A DNA stretch of 60,824 nucleotides from Thermoproteota archaeon (GTDB lineage: Archaea; Korarchaeota; Korarchaeia; Korarchaeales; JAOZGB01), in contig JAVCBU010000001.1 of assembly GCA_037917685.1 (NCBI GenBank), forward strand, positions 1-60,824, written 5' to 3'. Shown one piece after another: positions 29,664 through 40,287 of the stretch; the stretch's first letter is position 1, and each line of letters opens with the position of its first letter. The notes beneath the pieces are model-generated. The model had not been told where the DNA came from and searched no databases. It saw only the letters and a program-made list of their open reading frames with translations. A program made the translations under genes and the position numbers.

Positions 29664-30104
29664 TTATTGCATTAGCAACATGAACGCTATTAGCAAACCA
29701 TAGATAGCGATAGCTTCTGCTAAGACGACCGTTATCATGGATTTGCTGAAGACTGTTGGTTTTTCAGCTATTGCACCGGCCATGGCACTTCCTGTTGAAG
29801 CTATTCCTATACCAGATGCCATACCAGTTACTCCTGTGATTGCCCCCGCGCACACTGCTTTGAAGGCGAAGCTCCACGTAGGCTCTCCACCAGTGCTTAA
29901 GATTATAAACGATACTAACATGCCATATATTGCGACGGCTTCTCCTAAAACTACTGGGATCAGAAGTTTTGCGAATGTTTCGGGCTTTTCTGTTATTGCG
30001 CCGCTAAGTGAACTACCTACGCGTGAAATCGCAAGGCCTGCTCCTACTGCTGCTAATCCGATTGAAAGAGTTATACCCAAATATTCTAGGAACATTTCCA
30101 GCAT
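29664..30104 (-). CDS. atpK: A-type ATPase proteolipid c (K), double hairpin
   Basis: Two repeats: EKPE..VLGEAVAIYG and EKPT..VLAEAIAIYG. Confidence 0.92.
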   Translation of the reverse strand: MLEMFLEYLGITLSIGLAAVGAGLAISRVGSSLSGAITEKPETFAKLLIPVVLGEAVAIYGMLVSFIILSTGGEPTWSFAFKAVCAGAITGVTGMASGIGIASTGSAMAGAIAEKPTVFSKSMITVVLAEAIAIYGLLIAFMLLMQ

Positions 30105-30207
30105 GAAGTTGACCTCCTTCTCGCGATTAATATCAAAAATTTTGTTAATAAATTTTACGATTGTATATTAAAATAAGCATTCATATGATGAATTTCGGCG
30201 AGATTCA

Positions 30208-30227
30208 TATGTAAACATATTTACATA
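30208..30227. promoter_or_regulatory. Palindromic operator candidate between atpK and lrp
   Basis: TATGTAAA-cata-TTTACATA, a perfect 8-bp inverted repeat in a divergent intergenic region. Confidence 0.4.
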
Positions 30228-30463
30228 GTACATTTTGCTGCAAATGGGTGATATAATCCTTCTAAAACGGCGCAAATATATCTACATCATTAACTAATTA
30301 CCAAATATGTGCAAAATACATTGCGAAATGCGGCAAAAGATATATATTTTATCGACTTATTTCGCTATTTAGATGCCGCAAAAAATAAAAAATGATGATT
30401 AAGATATACATACTTGGACGATGATTATAAGGATGCTCAAGTGATTCTGGAGGAAATAGCAAA

Positions 30464-30916
30464 ATGTATAAAAACACACTTGATGTTATTGATGAAAAAA
30501 TAATAGAGCTTTTGAGGGAAAATTCGAGATTGTCTTTTCGCGAAATAGCAGAGAGGCTTGGAAAAACAGAGTCGACCATTAGAAGAAGAGTTAAGAGACT
30601 CGTTGACACTGGAATTATCAAAAAATTTACCATAATAACTAGTTCTTCGAGAAGCGGACACGATGTCCACGCTTTTATCAGGGTTCTCACGTCAATGGAT
30701 AAGTTAGACGGGGTAGCTGAAGAAGTAATTAAATTTGATGAAGTTAAGCAGGCATATTTCCTTGCTGGGCAGTGTGGTATAGCGATAATAGTGAGAGTAC
30801 CATGTGTAGAAGCGTTAAACGAATTTATAAGAGAGAAACTGGCAGATATAGAAGGAGTTACGGGTATAGAGACGTGTATTATTTTGCAGGAGTTAAAAAA
30901 TGTATTAGAAACGTGA
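30464..30916 (+). CDS. Lrp/AsnC-family transcriptional regulator
   Basis: DVIDEKIIELLRENSRLSFREIAERLG..ESTIRRRVKRL HTH plus RAM domain. Confidence 0.93.
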   Translation: MYKNTLDVIDEKIIELLRENSRLSFREIAERLGKTESTIRRRVKRLVDTGIIKKFTIITSSSRSGHDVHAFIRVLTSMDKLDGVAEEVIKFDEVKQAYFLAGQCGIAIIVRVPCVEALNEFIREKLADIEGVTGIETCIILQELKNVLET

Positions 30917-30953
30917 GTTTTCATTTTCTATCGAATAAAAATTAAAAAGAGTT

Positions 30954-32786
30954 TTATTTTGTGATTGTATAATATCTTTCAATTTTGAATGGTTGGAATT
31001 CAATACCTTCGCCTTCGTAGAATTTTAGGAACCACTCGACCCAGTGCAACCTAAGCGTATGTATGAATGATAGAAGTCCTTCCATTATCATTACAAATAT
31101 TGTTCCCACTAGAAATGATGCGATAAACATGGGGGTTATTGTGAAAGCGAGACCGTGTTCTGGACTAACTCCACCTAAGGTTATGAATGTTTTGCTGAAG
31201 CCTTCGTGAGCCATGTTGAGTGCCAGTATTCGGGCATAGGATATTGTGTTGGAAATTGATTCTATTAAGCTTTCTAGAACACTCATACCTCCTTCAATTG
31301 GACCTTCGGTTACTACTCTGCCGATGAACATCAGGATTAATGGTAGGATAAGCAGTAGGAACACCGGACTTGTTACAAACTTTGCTGGTTGTGATATTGG
31401 AGCATCTTTGAACCATTCTGTAAAGACTATATTTTCAGTGAAGACTATTCGTATAAGGCCTATGTAGAACCATAACCACATTCCAGGTCCTAAGATACCT
31501 TCTAGATATTCTCCGTGCCTTATTTTGTTGACAACGTCGAGGAATATTCCTAAGCTTAGATGTATCGCGCCTATTATAATTGAAAGTATGAAGAGCATCC
31601 ATGGCTCGTGGAACGGGCTAAACCATATGGGTCCATGGGGTGGTTCTGGAATATATTCTAGACCAAGATTTTCACATAGTTCTTCGTTTGTTAGTCTTAC
31701 TACTCCCTCATCGAAATCGAAGAGTATAAAGATGTATACTAGGATATCTCTAAGAAAGCTTAGCGATGGCCCGATACCGTGTGCGTACCAAGCTTCATGA
31801 TATATTGAGAACCCAAAAAACTCTCCGTAGAGGATTCCAAAGAATATTGAGAATATGCTACAGAATAGAAGCAGTGTTGATCCTTTGATAATGTAGTTGC
31901 CTATTTCCCCTAGATCGACGTTTTTCCGTTTGCCTAGGAAGCCGAGGATCGATACGATGAGAAGAAGTAATCCGTGACCTATATCTCCAAACATAAGACC
32001 AAAGAATATCGGGAATGTTATTGACATGAGAATTGTTGGGTCTATTTCACCATATGATGGAATACCGAAGCTTTTTGTCAGGGTTTCGTAGGACTCTAGG
32101 GCTTTTGGGTTTTTGAGGAGCGTCGGTGGCTTCTCTTTTTCTTCATGTTCATCGTTTTCGACAACTTCAACGATTGATGATCTGTCTGAGACCTCCGATA
32201 TGGTTTTTGTAACTGTTTCTACATTTTCAGCGGGTACCCATCCCTCTAAGATGTACGTTTTTTCTGTTTTCCCCAATAATGTCTTTGTTTCTTCTACTTC
32301 TTTTTCTATTTTCAGAACTTCTTCAAAAGTGAGAAGTTTTGTTGTATTTTTCTCCGCTATTTCGTCTAATTGCTTTCTTAGAGAATTTACTTGTTTTTTA
32401 ACCTCTGGTTCGTCTTCCTTTTCTTTTAATGCTTCTATTTCTTTGTTAATTCTGGTGCTTTCTGACTCTATTTGTTTTACTTCTTCTTCTATCTCGTTAA
32501 GGAAGTTGTCTGATGGTGTTCTTGGCACGGTTGTTTTCTTGGTGGTAGGTTTCCTTTTTATCTGTAAATCGTCAACTAATCGTTCAACTCTCGAAAGTAA
32601 GCTTAAAATCTTATAGTATCGTTCGCCTGGCTCGACAGGCTTTATTTTTTCTTCAAACTCTTCTAGTTTGTCTCTTATATTAATTAGATGTATGACGCCG
32701 AGTTCTCCTATTGTCCTAACAGTGTCGTCAATGTATTTTTCATATATAATTGCACGAATCTTCTTCATTGGGACAGGTTTAAACAT
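30954..32786 (-). CDS. atpI: A/V-type ATP synthase subunit I (a)
   Basis: MFKPVPMKK start (ATG 32786), EGWVP, PPTLL, YGEIDPT, GLMFGDIGHG, SYARILAL, HTLRLHWVEW. Confidence 0.95.
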   Translation of the reverse strand: MFKPVPMKKIRAIIYEKYIDDTVRTIGELGVIHLINIRDKLEEFEEKIKPVEPGERYYKILSLLSRVERLVDDLQIKRKPTTKKTTVPRTPSDNFLNEIEEEVKQIESESTRINKEIEALKEKEDEPEVKKQVNSLRKQLDEIAEKNTTKLLTFEEVLKIEKEVEETKTLLGKTEKTYILEGWVPAENVETVTKTISEVSDRSSIVEVVENDEHEEKEKPPTLLKNPKALESYETLTKSFGIPSYGEIDPTILMSITFPIFFGLMFGDIGHGLLLLIVSILGFLGKRKNVDLGEIGNYIIKGSTLLLFCSIFSIFFGILYGEFFGFSIYHEAWYAHGIGPSLSFLRDILVYIFILFDFDEGVVRLTNEELCENLGLEYIPEPPHGPIWFSPFHEPWMLFILSIIIGAIHLSLGIFLDVVNKIRHGEYLEGILGPGMWLWFYIGLIRIVFTENIVFTEWFKDAPISQPAKFVTSPVFLLLILPLILMFIGRVVTEGPIEGGMSVLESLIESISNTISYARILALNMAHEGFSKTFITLGGVSPEHGLAFTITPMFIASFLVGTIFVMIMEGLLSFIHTLRLHWVEWFLKFYEGEGIEFQPFKIERYYTITK

Positions 32787-33222
32787 GGCTCTGTCCACCG
32801 CCCTTTTCCCTTTATCTACATGCTTTAATATCTTTTGGCAAGTCTTACGGCGGAGCATCTAACTATTATTTAGTTGCTATATTTTAATTTTATGCTGAGT
32901 AACTACTAAAGAACTTGGGATGAAAGTCTGTTCACATCTGTTTGCTTAAAAGAACACAAAAGTTATAAACTTTTAGATGACAGCGAAAAGTTTTATTAAT
33001 AGCATGTGAAAGAAAGTGTTAAAAACCTCAACGTGCAAGATAATATGGACAAACTATATAACTGCCTTAGATTATTTTAGGGTCCCTTAAAAATTTCGTA
33101 AAGATACTCCGACAATAAATAGTTTGAATAGAAGAAATTAATGGATCACAGAACATAGGTGTAAATCGTTTCTTAATACTATTTGTAATTAATTAATGGC
33201 AACTTTATGGTGCTTGTAGAAC

Positions 33223-33861
33223 ATGAAACGTACATCTTTGGTAGAGAGGGTTAAAGGTTTTTTTAGGAAAACTAGGGAGAATTTTAGAACATATATTGAG
33301 ATTAGTGGTTTGGGGGAAATAGCTAGAAGATATTTTGTTATGAATGCTTTTGACGGCGCGTTAACTATGCTAGGAGTTATAATGGGTGCTTTGATGACTC
33401 ATCGTATTACTACTCCCGACTCTTTGAAGGTTATGATTGGTGCTGGTATAGGTGGAAGTCTTGCTATGGGTGTTTCAGGTTTCTTCGGTGCTTATATGAC
33501 GGAGAGAGCTGAGAGGACTAGGGAACTAAGACATTTAGAAGTGGCTATGTTAAAGAGCTTGGAGAATAGCATACATGCGAAGGCTTATCGTTTTGCGATA
33601 GTGTTTGCTGCTCTCATAGATAGCTCGGCGCCCATGCTTTCAGCCTTTATTTCATTAATACCTTTCATACTTGCTTATGTTGGTTTGATTCCAATAACAT
33701 ATGCAGCTATTGCTTCCATAATTTTGATCTTTTTCATGCTTTTTTTACTGGGTGTTTTTTTGGGTAAGGTTTCCAAAGAAAATATCATTTTTTCAGGTGC
33801 CAAGATGCTTTTTGCAGGTCTGATAACTGCTATTATAAGCTTAATTTTGCAGTTCATCTAA
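33223..33861 (+). CDS. VIT1/CCC1-family membrane protein (TIGR00267-like)
   Basis: RRYFVMNAFDGALT, AMGVSG..GAYMTERAE. Confidence 0.85.
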   Translation: MKRTSLVERVKGFFRKTRENFRTYIEISGLGEIARRYFVMNAFDGALTMLGVIMGALMTHRITTPDSLKVMIGAGIGGSLAMGVSGFFGAYMTERAERTRELRHLEVAMLKSLENSIHAKAYRFAIVFAALIDSSAPMLSAFISLIPFILAYVGLIPITYAAIASIILIFFMLFLLGVFLGKVSKENIIFSGAKMLFAGLITAIISLILQFI

Positions 33862-33876
33862 TGTTAAGCAATTTTG

Positions 33877-34662
33877 TTAGATTATTTTTTTAGCAAAAGT
33901 TATGTATCCTGTATGGGCTATCATGGAGGTTTCGGGACGTGTTCTTCCTTCTCTAACTAATATTCTTCTTGTGAAACATTCTATGGTTGTGATATCGTAG
34001 AAACCTGATTTTGAAAGGGTGGAAACAGTTTTTTGAACTTGTTCTATTGTTGGTGAATAGGTTACAAAGCTTCCTCCTTCCTTTAGAGCTTCGTAAGCGT
34101 GTGGAGCTACGAGCCAGGGTGTTGCCATATCTAGAATGACAGCATCTACATTTTTTTCATCAATCCCTTCGTTTATGTCCTTTAGCTTGAACGTTACGTA
34201 TTTCTCTAAGCCGGCTTTTCTTACATTCTTCATGGCTAATTTTTGGAAATTTTCTCTAACCTCGTATGTATAAACATGTCCATCGGGACGTACGTAATAT
34301 GCAAGAACAATTGTTAAAGCTCCGCTTCCAGTTCCCGCTTCAATAACTTTCCAACCTGGACCTATGCCTGAGTAGAGGAGAATTAAACCTATATCTTTTG
34401 GGTAGATGATTTGGGTTGCTCTTCTCATTTTTAAAATGTAATCTTTAGGTAGTGGTTTAAAAATTCGAAATTTTGCTCCAGTGCTACTTTTTATGCTGCT
34501 TCCGTAAGGTTTACCGATAACGTCACTTAAGGTTATTGTTCCTTTATGTGTATGAAGCTCTTTATCCTTTTCAACCTTAACCAGCCATCTTCTTTTCTCG
34601 TCAAATACTAAAAGGATTGTGTCACCTTCTTTTACTATGTTTACCGAAAACAATGTATTCAC
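33877..34662 (-). CDS. trmI: tRNA m1A58 methyltransferase
   Basis: THKG, TQIIYPKD, EAGTGSG, LDMATPW, SPTIEQV, HTGY. Confidence 0.95.
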   Translation of the reverse strand: MNTLFSVNIVKEGDTILLVFDEKRRWLVKVEKDKELHTHKGTITLSDVIGKPYGSSIKSSTGAKFRIFKPLPKDYILKMRRATQIIYPKDIGLILLYSGIGPGWKVIEAGTGSGALTIVLAYYVRPDGHVYTYEVRENFQKLAMKNVRKAGLEKYVTFKLKDINEGIDEKNVDAVILDMATPWLVAPHAYEALKEGGSFVTYSPTIEQVQKTVSTLSKSGFYDITTIECFTRRILVREGRTRPETSMIAHTGYITFAKKII

Positions 34663-34667
34663 CTGCC

Positions 34668-37268
34668 TTAAGTTAAAAATCTCTTAAACTTATCGATAAT
34701 GCTTCTTTTGACGTATTTTCCAATTATAGGAATTTTTTCTCCGCATTTTGGACATTCATTCTTTTCAGTTAAATTATACTTAACGATGTCGAAAATGTAT
34801 CTTTTAATTAAGAGTTCTTTGCAGTTGGGGCAATACGTGTTCTCCCATGGATGCCCAGGTACATTGCCTAGATAAACATAGTTTAATCCCTCTTCCAAGC
34901 CGATTCTCCTAACTTCTTCAAGAAACTCGACCTTTGGGGGAGGAGCATGGTACATATATGCTGGGTAATATCTTGTTACGTGCCAAGGTGTATTTTCACC
35001 AAGATCTCTAACTATTCGCTGAGCGATGCTTCGAAGACATTCTAAATCGTCATTAACACCTGTTACAATTAAAGTGGTAATTTCAACATGTGCACCTAAG
35101 CGTTTTGCTTCTATGCAATTACGCCAAACATATTCAACATTCGCGCTACAAAAACGTGAAACCTCGTCCTTACAGCCCTTAATGTCCACGTTAAGAGCAT
35201 CCAAACCAGCATTTATAAGCATCCTTAATGCGTCGACAGTCATATAACCATTCGTGACAAAAGTATTATAAAATCCACGCTCCTTAGCAAGTCTAAAAAC
35301 ATCTAAACTCCATTCAAAAAGAAGAGTTGGCTCATTAAATGAGATACTCGTGCCTTGACACCTATATTTATCAACCATTTCAATAAATTTCTCCGGAGAA
35401 ATGTAATTAGCTTTTTCTGGGTCAGGAGGAATCTTACTAATCTCAAAATTTTGACAGTTGGATACTAAAAAACCATTTGCGAAAAAGTTATGGTGTTTTT
35501 CTATTGTGAAATCTCTTAAGTCTGTAATGTTCTTTATTTCTTTCTTACTTACGATTTTTTCCCACAGGAGTCCTTCAGGAAGATCCTTGTTTCGTTGCTT
35601 TAACCATTCGTCGAATCCTGGGAATGTTTCGCTAGTTTTAATTTTGTTTAAATTAATTCTCCTAGTTAGCCAAAGTACTAGATTCGCTAAACTTACGTTT
35701 CCTTGCATTTTTTCGTATATATCTTTAAGTTTAAGGCCTTTTTTCTTTAAAGAAATAGCCAGTTTATAAGCCTTCTTTATTCTCTCTATTTCTCTCCTTT
35801 TAAATAGAGAATATTCTAGTGCATATTTGGACAACGTTTCCCTTTCTTTACAATATCTATACCCGATTTTGCCGTAGAGATTGATTAGATTATCCATTTC
35901 ATTACTGAAAAGGACATATAGTGTTACTGTCTTAATATTGTCCTTTTTCCTAACACTCCTCTCATGATAGTTAATTGAACTTATTTTCACTTGAAAATCG
36001 TGCAAGAGCTTTTCTAGATCCTTAACGAAATCGATAGCATTGTCCGAATATTCAACTGATTTATTTATGGAAAATATCGGTTGAAAGAAAGTTTTACCAT
36101 ACCTGTCCACACGGGGCTTTGACAACTCGCTGCCAAAATAAGCAGCTAGGAATTCTCTTTTTACATCTTTTGGCGCTTTAAATAACCATTTTGGTACTCT
36201 AAACGGTTTAATTGATTTATCGCCTATTGGAGCGCCTAGGGATATCATCAAGACACAAAAAGTTTTTGAGTGACAGTTAATATGGGTTTCAAAATCATTT
36301 ATAGCATGGGAACTACCATATCTATACACTTTAGAAATTTTTCTCCTTCTAATTATTCCCGTTGTATTGAAGCCTAATAATTTCATATCTTCCTTAATTT
36401 TTAGAAGGTCTTCTACCTTGCCGCAGAAGGAGACATAAACTTTGTCTCGTTTCTGGGTTTTACTTAGAGAAATGTAGCCATCACCAAACAAGAAGCCAAG
36501 TAATCTTGCAACTGTTCTGACTTTTATATTTGACGTCTTTAGTGGCAGAAGTCCTTTCCTGCGTAGTTCCGAGATTATAAATTTCTTATTTGATCTTGGA
36601 AGATAGGTGTCTACTACCATCTCTATATCCTGTCTATTGACTATTGTCGATTCTTCTTCATTTGTGGAATTCTCAAAAGGGTAAAAAGGGTAAATTATGA
36701 CTTTATCACCGATATTCAAGTCTTTTAGCGGTACAATACCCTTCTTAGTATAAATGGGGTGATCTTCAGATGCTACTAATTTTCTACCACAATCCGTTTC
36801 AATTTCATAGACCTTTAAACCTAGTTCCGCTGGGTTTATCCTGAAATATTTTAGAATTTTTGCTTTAACGATTTTTTTGAACGAAGCATCATAAGACAAT
36901 AGTTCTTTGTGTTTCCAGTTATTATCCAAGGAAACTATTTTTTCTACATCATATTCGTCCTTGATTACATAGGTATCTGGGGAGACGCACCAAGGACAGG
37001 TAAAATTGCAGCTCCATGTGCCTACCGTTAGGGCGGCTGATCCTGGCCAAAAATGGAATAGTGGTTTCTTTTCTATCGGGTTTGCACTTATTGAGGATAT
37101 GTCTCCGTAAACTAGAGTGTTTAGTTTGCCGTCTATGTTTTTTCTTGTTTTACAGAAGCCTGTTTCCCCTTTGCCTATAGTGCATCTCCTTTCGCAGACA
37201 TTGCATCTTACCTTTTTGTTTTCTAGTTTTTCATAGAGTAGGGCTTCTTTGATCCAAGGTTTTTTCAT
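34668..37268 (-). CDS. amrS: AmmeMemoRadiSam-system radical SAM enzyme (PflA-like) interrupted by an intein
   Basis: CNVCERRC, PIEKKPLFHF, CNFTCPW/[intein]/CQN, FNEPT, TNGY, YLGNV, CPNC...CPKC; about 355 aa after splicing. Confidence 0.9.
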   Translation of the reverse strand: MKKPWIKEALLYEKLENKKVRCNVCERRCTIGKGETGFCKTRKNIDGKLNTLVYGDISSISANPIEKKPLFHFWPGSAALTVGTWSCNFTCPWCVSPDTYVIKDEYDVEKIVSLDNNWKHKELLSYDASFKKIVKAKILKYFRINPAELGLKVYEIETDCGRKLVASEDHPIYTKKGIVPLKDLNIGDKVIIYPFYPFENSTNEEESTIVNRQDIEMVVDTYLPRSNKKFIISELRRKGLLPLKTSNIKVRTVARLLGFLFGDGYISLSKTQKRDKVYVSFCGKVEDLLKIKEDMKLLGFNTTGIIRRRKISKVYRYGSSHAINDFETHINCHSKTFCVLMISLGAPIGDKSIKPFRVPKWLFKAPKDVKREFLAAYFGSELSKPRVDRYGKTFFQPIFSINKSVEYSDNAIDFVKDLEKLLHDFQVKISSINYHERSVRKKDNIKTVTLYVLFSNEMDNLINLYGKIGYRYCKERETLSKYALEYSLFKRREIERIKKAYKLAISLKKKGLKLKDIYEKMQGNVSLANLVLWLTRRINLNKIKTSETFPGFDEWLKQRNKDLPEGLLWEKIVSKKEIKNITDLRDFTIEKHHNFFANGFLVSNCQNFEISKIPPDPEKANYISPEKFIEMVDKYRCQGTSISFNEPTLLFEWSLDVFRLAKERGFYNTFVTNGYMTVDALRMLINAGLDALNVDIKGCKDEVSRFCSANVEYVWRNCIEAKRLGAHVEITTLIVTGVNDDLECLRSIAQRIVRDLGENTPWHVTRYYPAYMYHAPPPKVEFLEEVRRIGLEEGLNYVYLGNVPGHPWENTYCPNCKELLIKRYIFDIVKYNLTEKNECPKCGEKIPIIGKYVKRSIIDKFKRFLT
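35457..36989 (-). mobile_element. Intein with LAGLIDADG homing endonuclease (511 aa)
   Basis: Block A CVSPDT, block B ASEDHPIY, LAGLIDADG-like LLGFLFGDG and FLAAYFGSE, block F/G DFTIEKHHNFFANGFLVSN followed by Cys+1. Confidence 0.93.
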
Positions 37269-37451
37269 ACTTTACACCGTTCTAATATTTTTACAACACT
37301 TAATAGTGGCAAATTCTCATAAATTATTTGCACAAAACTTGATTTAGATATACGAGTTAGGATTTGCGGATACTTATTTAGAATGCTTTACGACAAAACT
37401 GATAGGGATTGAATGGTTGTTTTAGGTTACATTATAATTTTGGAGGCTTAA

Positions 37452-38195
37452 TTACTTATGTTTTGGTTGTGTAGCTGTTTTTACAATGGCGAAAAAGTTT
37501 CTTTTTATTTTAACCCTTTTAAGGTCTTCGCTGCTAATTCTTTCAATAATAAAATTAGCTTTTTTCAGCAATTTTAGGAGTTCCCTTTTGGAGAAAAGGT
37601 GGTAAAATCTTTGGACTTCTTTATTACCGGCTTTCCATGAAACATATATATCGCCGAATTCCTTTTCGCTGTGCTTGAAGATCCTTAGGAAGAAATCCTT
37701 TAAAAAGTATCCTATGAAATTGGGTTGCCATTTTCGCCATACCGTGATTAAAGCTTTAGCATCCTTAACTAAAACCCTTTTAATTTCAAGTAAGCACTTC
37801 AACCTGGCTTTTGAAGATGGTATGTGATGTAAGGTGGCTACGAAAATTAGTCTTTCAAAACATTGGCCTCTTAGAGGTAAAGATAAGATATCTCCAATAA
37901 TTAAATGGACCTCTTTTGATAAGTTGGCTTTTTTTATTCTTTGTTTTGCCGCTCTCAAAAGCTTTGAGGCAACATCTATTCCGACTGTTCTAAATCCTAA
38001 ATTGGCACATAAAATGGAGTGTCTACCGTTACCGCATCCAGCATCAAGTATAAGCGCATCCTTAGATAAACCATTGAAAAATTTTTCACGCTTGATGAAA
38101 TCTGTGAGAACTTTCCAAGGTTTTGCTCGCAACCTATCGTAGCTCTCAGCTATTTCATTAAAAGCTATTTTTACAGATCTCCTAATTTGCAACAA
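37452..38195 (-). CDS. Class I SAM methyltransferase, Trm9/ALKBH8-like
   Basis: FNEIAESYD, LDAGCGNGR, ATLHHIP, ITVW, DIYVSW, RFYHLFSKREL. Confidence 0.75.
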   Translation of the reverse strand: MLQIRRSVKIAFNEIAESYDRLRAKPWKVLTDFIKREKFFNGLSKDALILDAGCGNGRHSILCANLGFRTVGIDVASKLLRAAKQRIKKANLSKEVHLIIGDILSLPLRGQCFERLIFVATLHHIPSSKARLKCLLEIKRVLVKDAKALITVWRKWQPNFIGYFLKDFFLRIFKHSEKEFGDIYVSWKAGNKEVQRFYHLFSKRELLKLLKKANFIIERISSEDLKRVKIKRNFFAIVKTATQPKHK

Positions 38196-38399
38196 ACCGG
38201 TTTCACCGCCTTAATAATAATCAATATTTATTTTATCGATTTGCATTAAGAAATGCAACCATTGAGTTGAGCTTTACAGTATCAACTTGACTTTAGAGCA
38301 AGCGATTACTTGATTAAGATAGTTGGTTGAAGGGAAAATATTAAATACATAACATTATCCTTTAAAGTGGTAATCTATTCTACTATTGCGATGTTAAAA

Positions 38400-38552
<153 letters not shown>

Positions 38553-38862
38553 CTACAGTGAACAAGTTCATTTTTCTATCAAACATTTCTTTTCAAAATT
38601 AATGTGCTACTCCTCAAAAATTATTTTAACTATTCACGCAAATCGGTATTCCGTCCCCTTTCATCTTCAATTACACGTCTCTGGAGTCGTGGCGCATCGT
38701 GGGGGGAGGGGGACCGAAAATCCTAGACAAGGCGCTCTTCACGGTGCTCTCTGCTATTTCTTTTGGAGTGAACCATCTTCCATGGTTTTTCCTAAGGATA
38801 CAGACCATTACCTCTAAGAAAATTTGAGGTTAAGTTTAGAATAGAGGCTCGGAGCGGGCTGG

Positions 38863-39420
38863 GTGCTTGGAGAAGCAAGCTACAAAGCGTTCAGAGACTG
38901 CTCGACCATCTTTGGCGATACATCCCGTAGCGAAGGCTCACGTGAGAAGTACTTGCATACCCTCCTACAGCTCTCCAAGTGTTCTGGCCTCAGTCCAGAA
39001 GAACTTTTAAGACTCCCAAAAAGGGAAACTGAGCTTCTAGTTCAAGGGTTTGCAGGCAGCATAGCTAGGAATGGTGCAAGCCCCGCCTATGTGAATTCGG
39101 TCATCATGAGGCTGCGAATATTCTTCCGTGTCAACGGGTACGTTGGTAAAAGAGAGTTGAAAGTGCATGGTTATTTTGTTCCCAGCGCGGTGCCGTAAGG
39201 TTCCAGAGTATATTCCGACTAAGGGTGAGGTCTACCGCATGGCTGATGCTGCTGGTAGTCCGAGGAATAAGGCTGTTACCCTTGTTCTTTGGAGTAGTGG
39301 TTTAAGGGTGAACACTTTGTGCGCCCTTAACTATGGAGATGTGGCGGAAGAGCTTGAGAGGTGAGAACCGTATGTCATGATACTGGTTTATCCCTGAGAT
39401 GAAGCAGAGGGTTCCAGATA
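38863..39420 (+). pseudogene. Frameshifted, truncated tyrosine recombinase/integrase
   Basis: ORFs 38863-39198 and 39167-39364 join by frameshift; RNKAVTLVLWSSGLRVNTLCALNYGDV catalytic-Arg box, then a stop and further frameshift; lies downstream of a tRNA. Confidence 0.75.
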
Positions 39421-39830
39421 TATGTAGAAATGAAATATCGTGATCAACACGTTTAACAGTTAACTATAACTTGAACTTCTTGTGAAAACTTAACTATTTA
39501 TATATCGGTCAGTCGACTTCTAACGTCTTTGTAACATTAAATGAAAACTAGTGAAAATCATGTAAATGCAACGTAAAATACCGTTTAAAGATATTGTTAA
39601 CCGCCAACTAACAAGTTATTTATCATTCTAACTATGAAGCACCATAAATTTACTTTAAATCACACGTATTCATTCCCTAATTTTGGTATGAGAAGTTAAA
39701 TGCAAAAAAGCATAAGGGATTTTTATAGTCTAAATAATATCTGTAATTTAATCGATTTAAGAAAAAGCCATTATACAAGGAAAAATATTTAAAAATCAGA
39801 ATATAATATAATATAATGAGAATAAAGAAA

Positions 39831-39881
39831 ATAAGAACTCGTGGGTGATCACCATGTGGGTGATACCCCACGAGTTCTTAT
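39831..39881. repeat. Long inverted repeat/hairpin in an AT-rich intergenic region
   Basis: ATAAGAACTCGTGGG...CCCACGAGTTCTTAT (15-bp perfect) enclosing ATCACC-atgtg-GGTGAT. Confidence 0.8.
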
Positions 39882-40287
39882 GGGGTGACAGACCGCCTCC
39901 ACAACATGGCTTTTCTCCTATTTTTGAAAAGTACTATGAAATTGGGTTAAAAACGTTTGTCTTTATGGAACAAGAAAAACATAGTTGCATAGCAGTTTTA
40001 AGGTTGTTAAACGACGTAATAGAGTCATCCTATCGTTAATACTTAAATTCAATAGAGATGTTATTTTAAAACCAAGATACCTTTATCTTTTTCGTAAGTA
40101 TTACTTGCAGTTCTCCACTTCTTACTTTTACTGTCCAACTCTTATTTTAACTACGGCTTTTGTTTAAAAGTAAGTTCTTACAAGGTAAACTAGTATGTGC
40201 TGCCTACGTTTGGAATTACACTTTGTTGAAATCGTACGGTTTTACTGAAAACTTCTTTACTTGTTTCACTAAAAATAAGAAATGAGT

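Noticed and set aside
28893-30924. ORFs 28893-29180, 29737-30171 and 30349-30924
   Set aside because: Antisense to well-supported atpK and lrp genes.
39799-39817. (AATAT)n short tandem run
   Set aside because: Low-complexity AT-rich tract with only three to four units.
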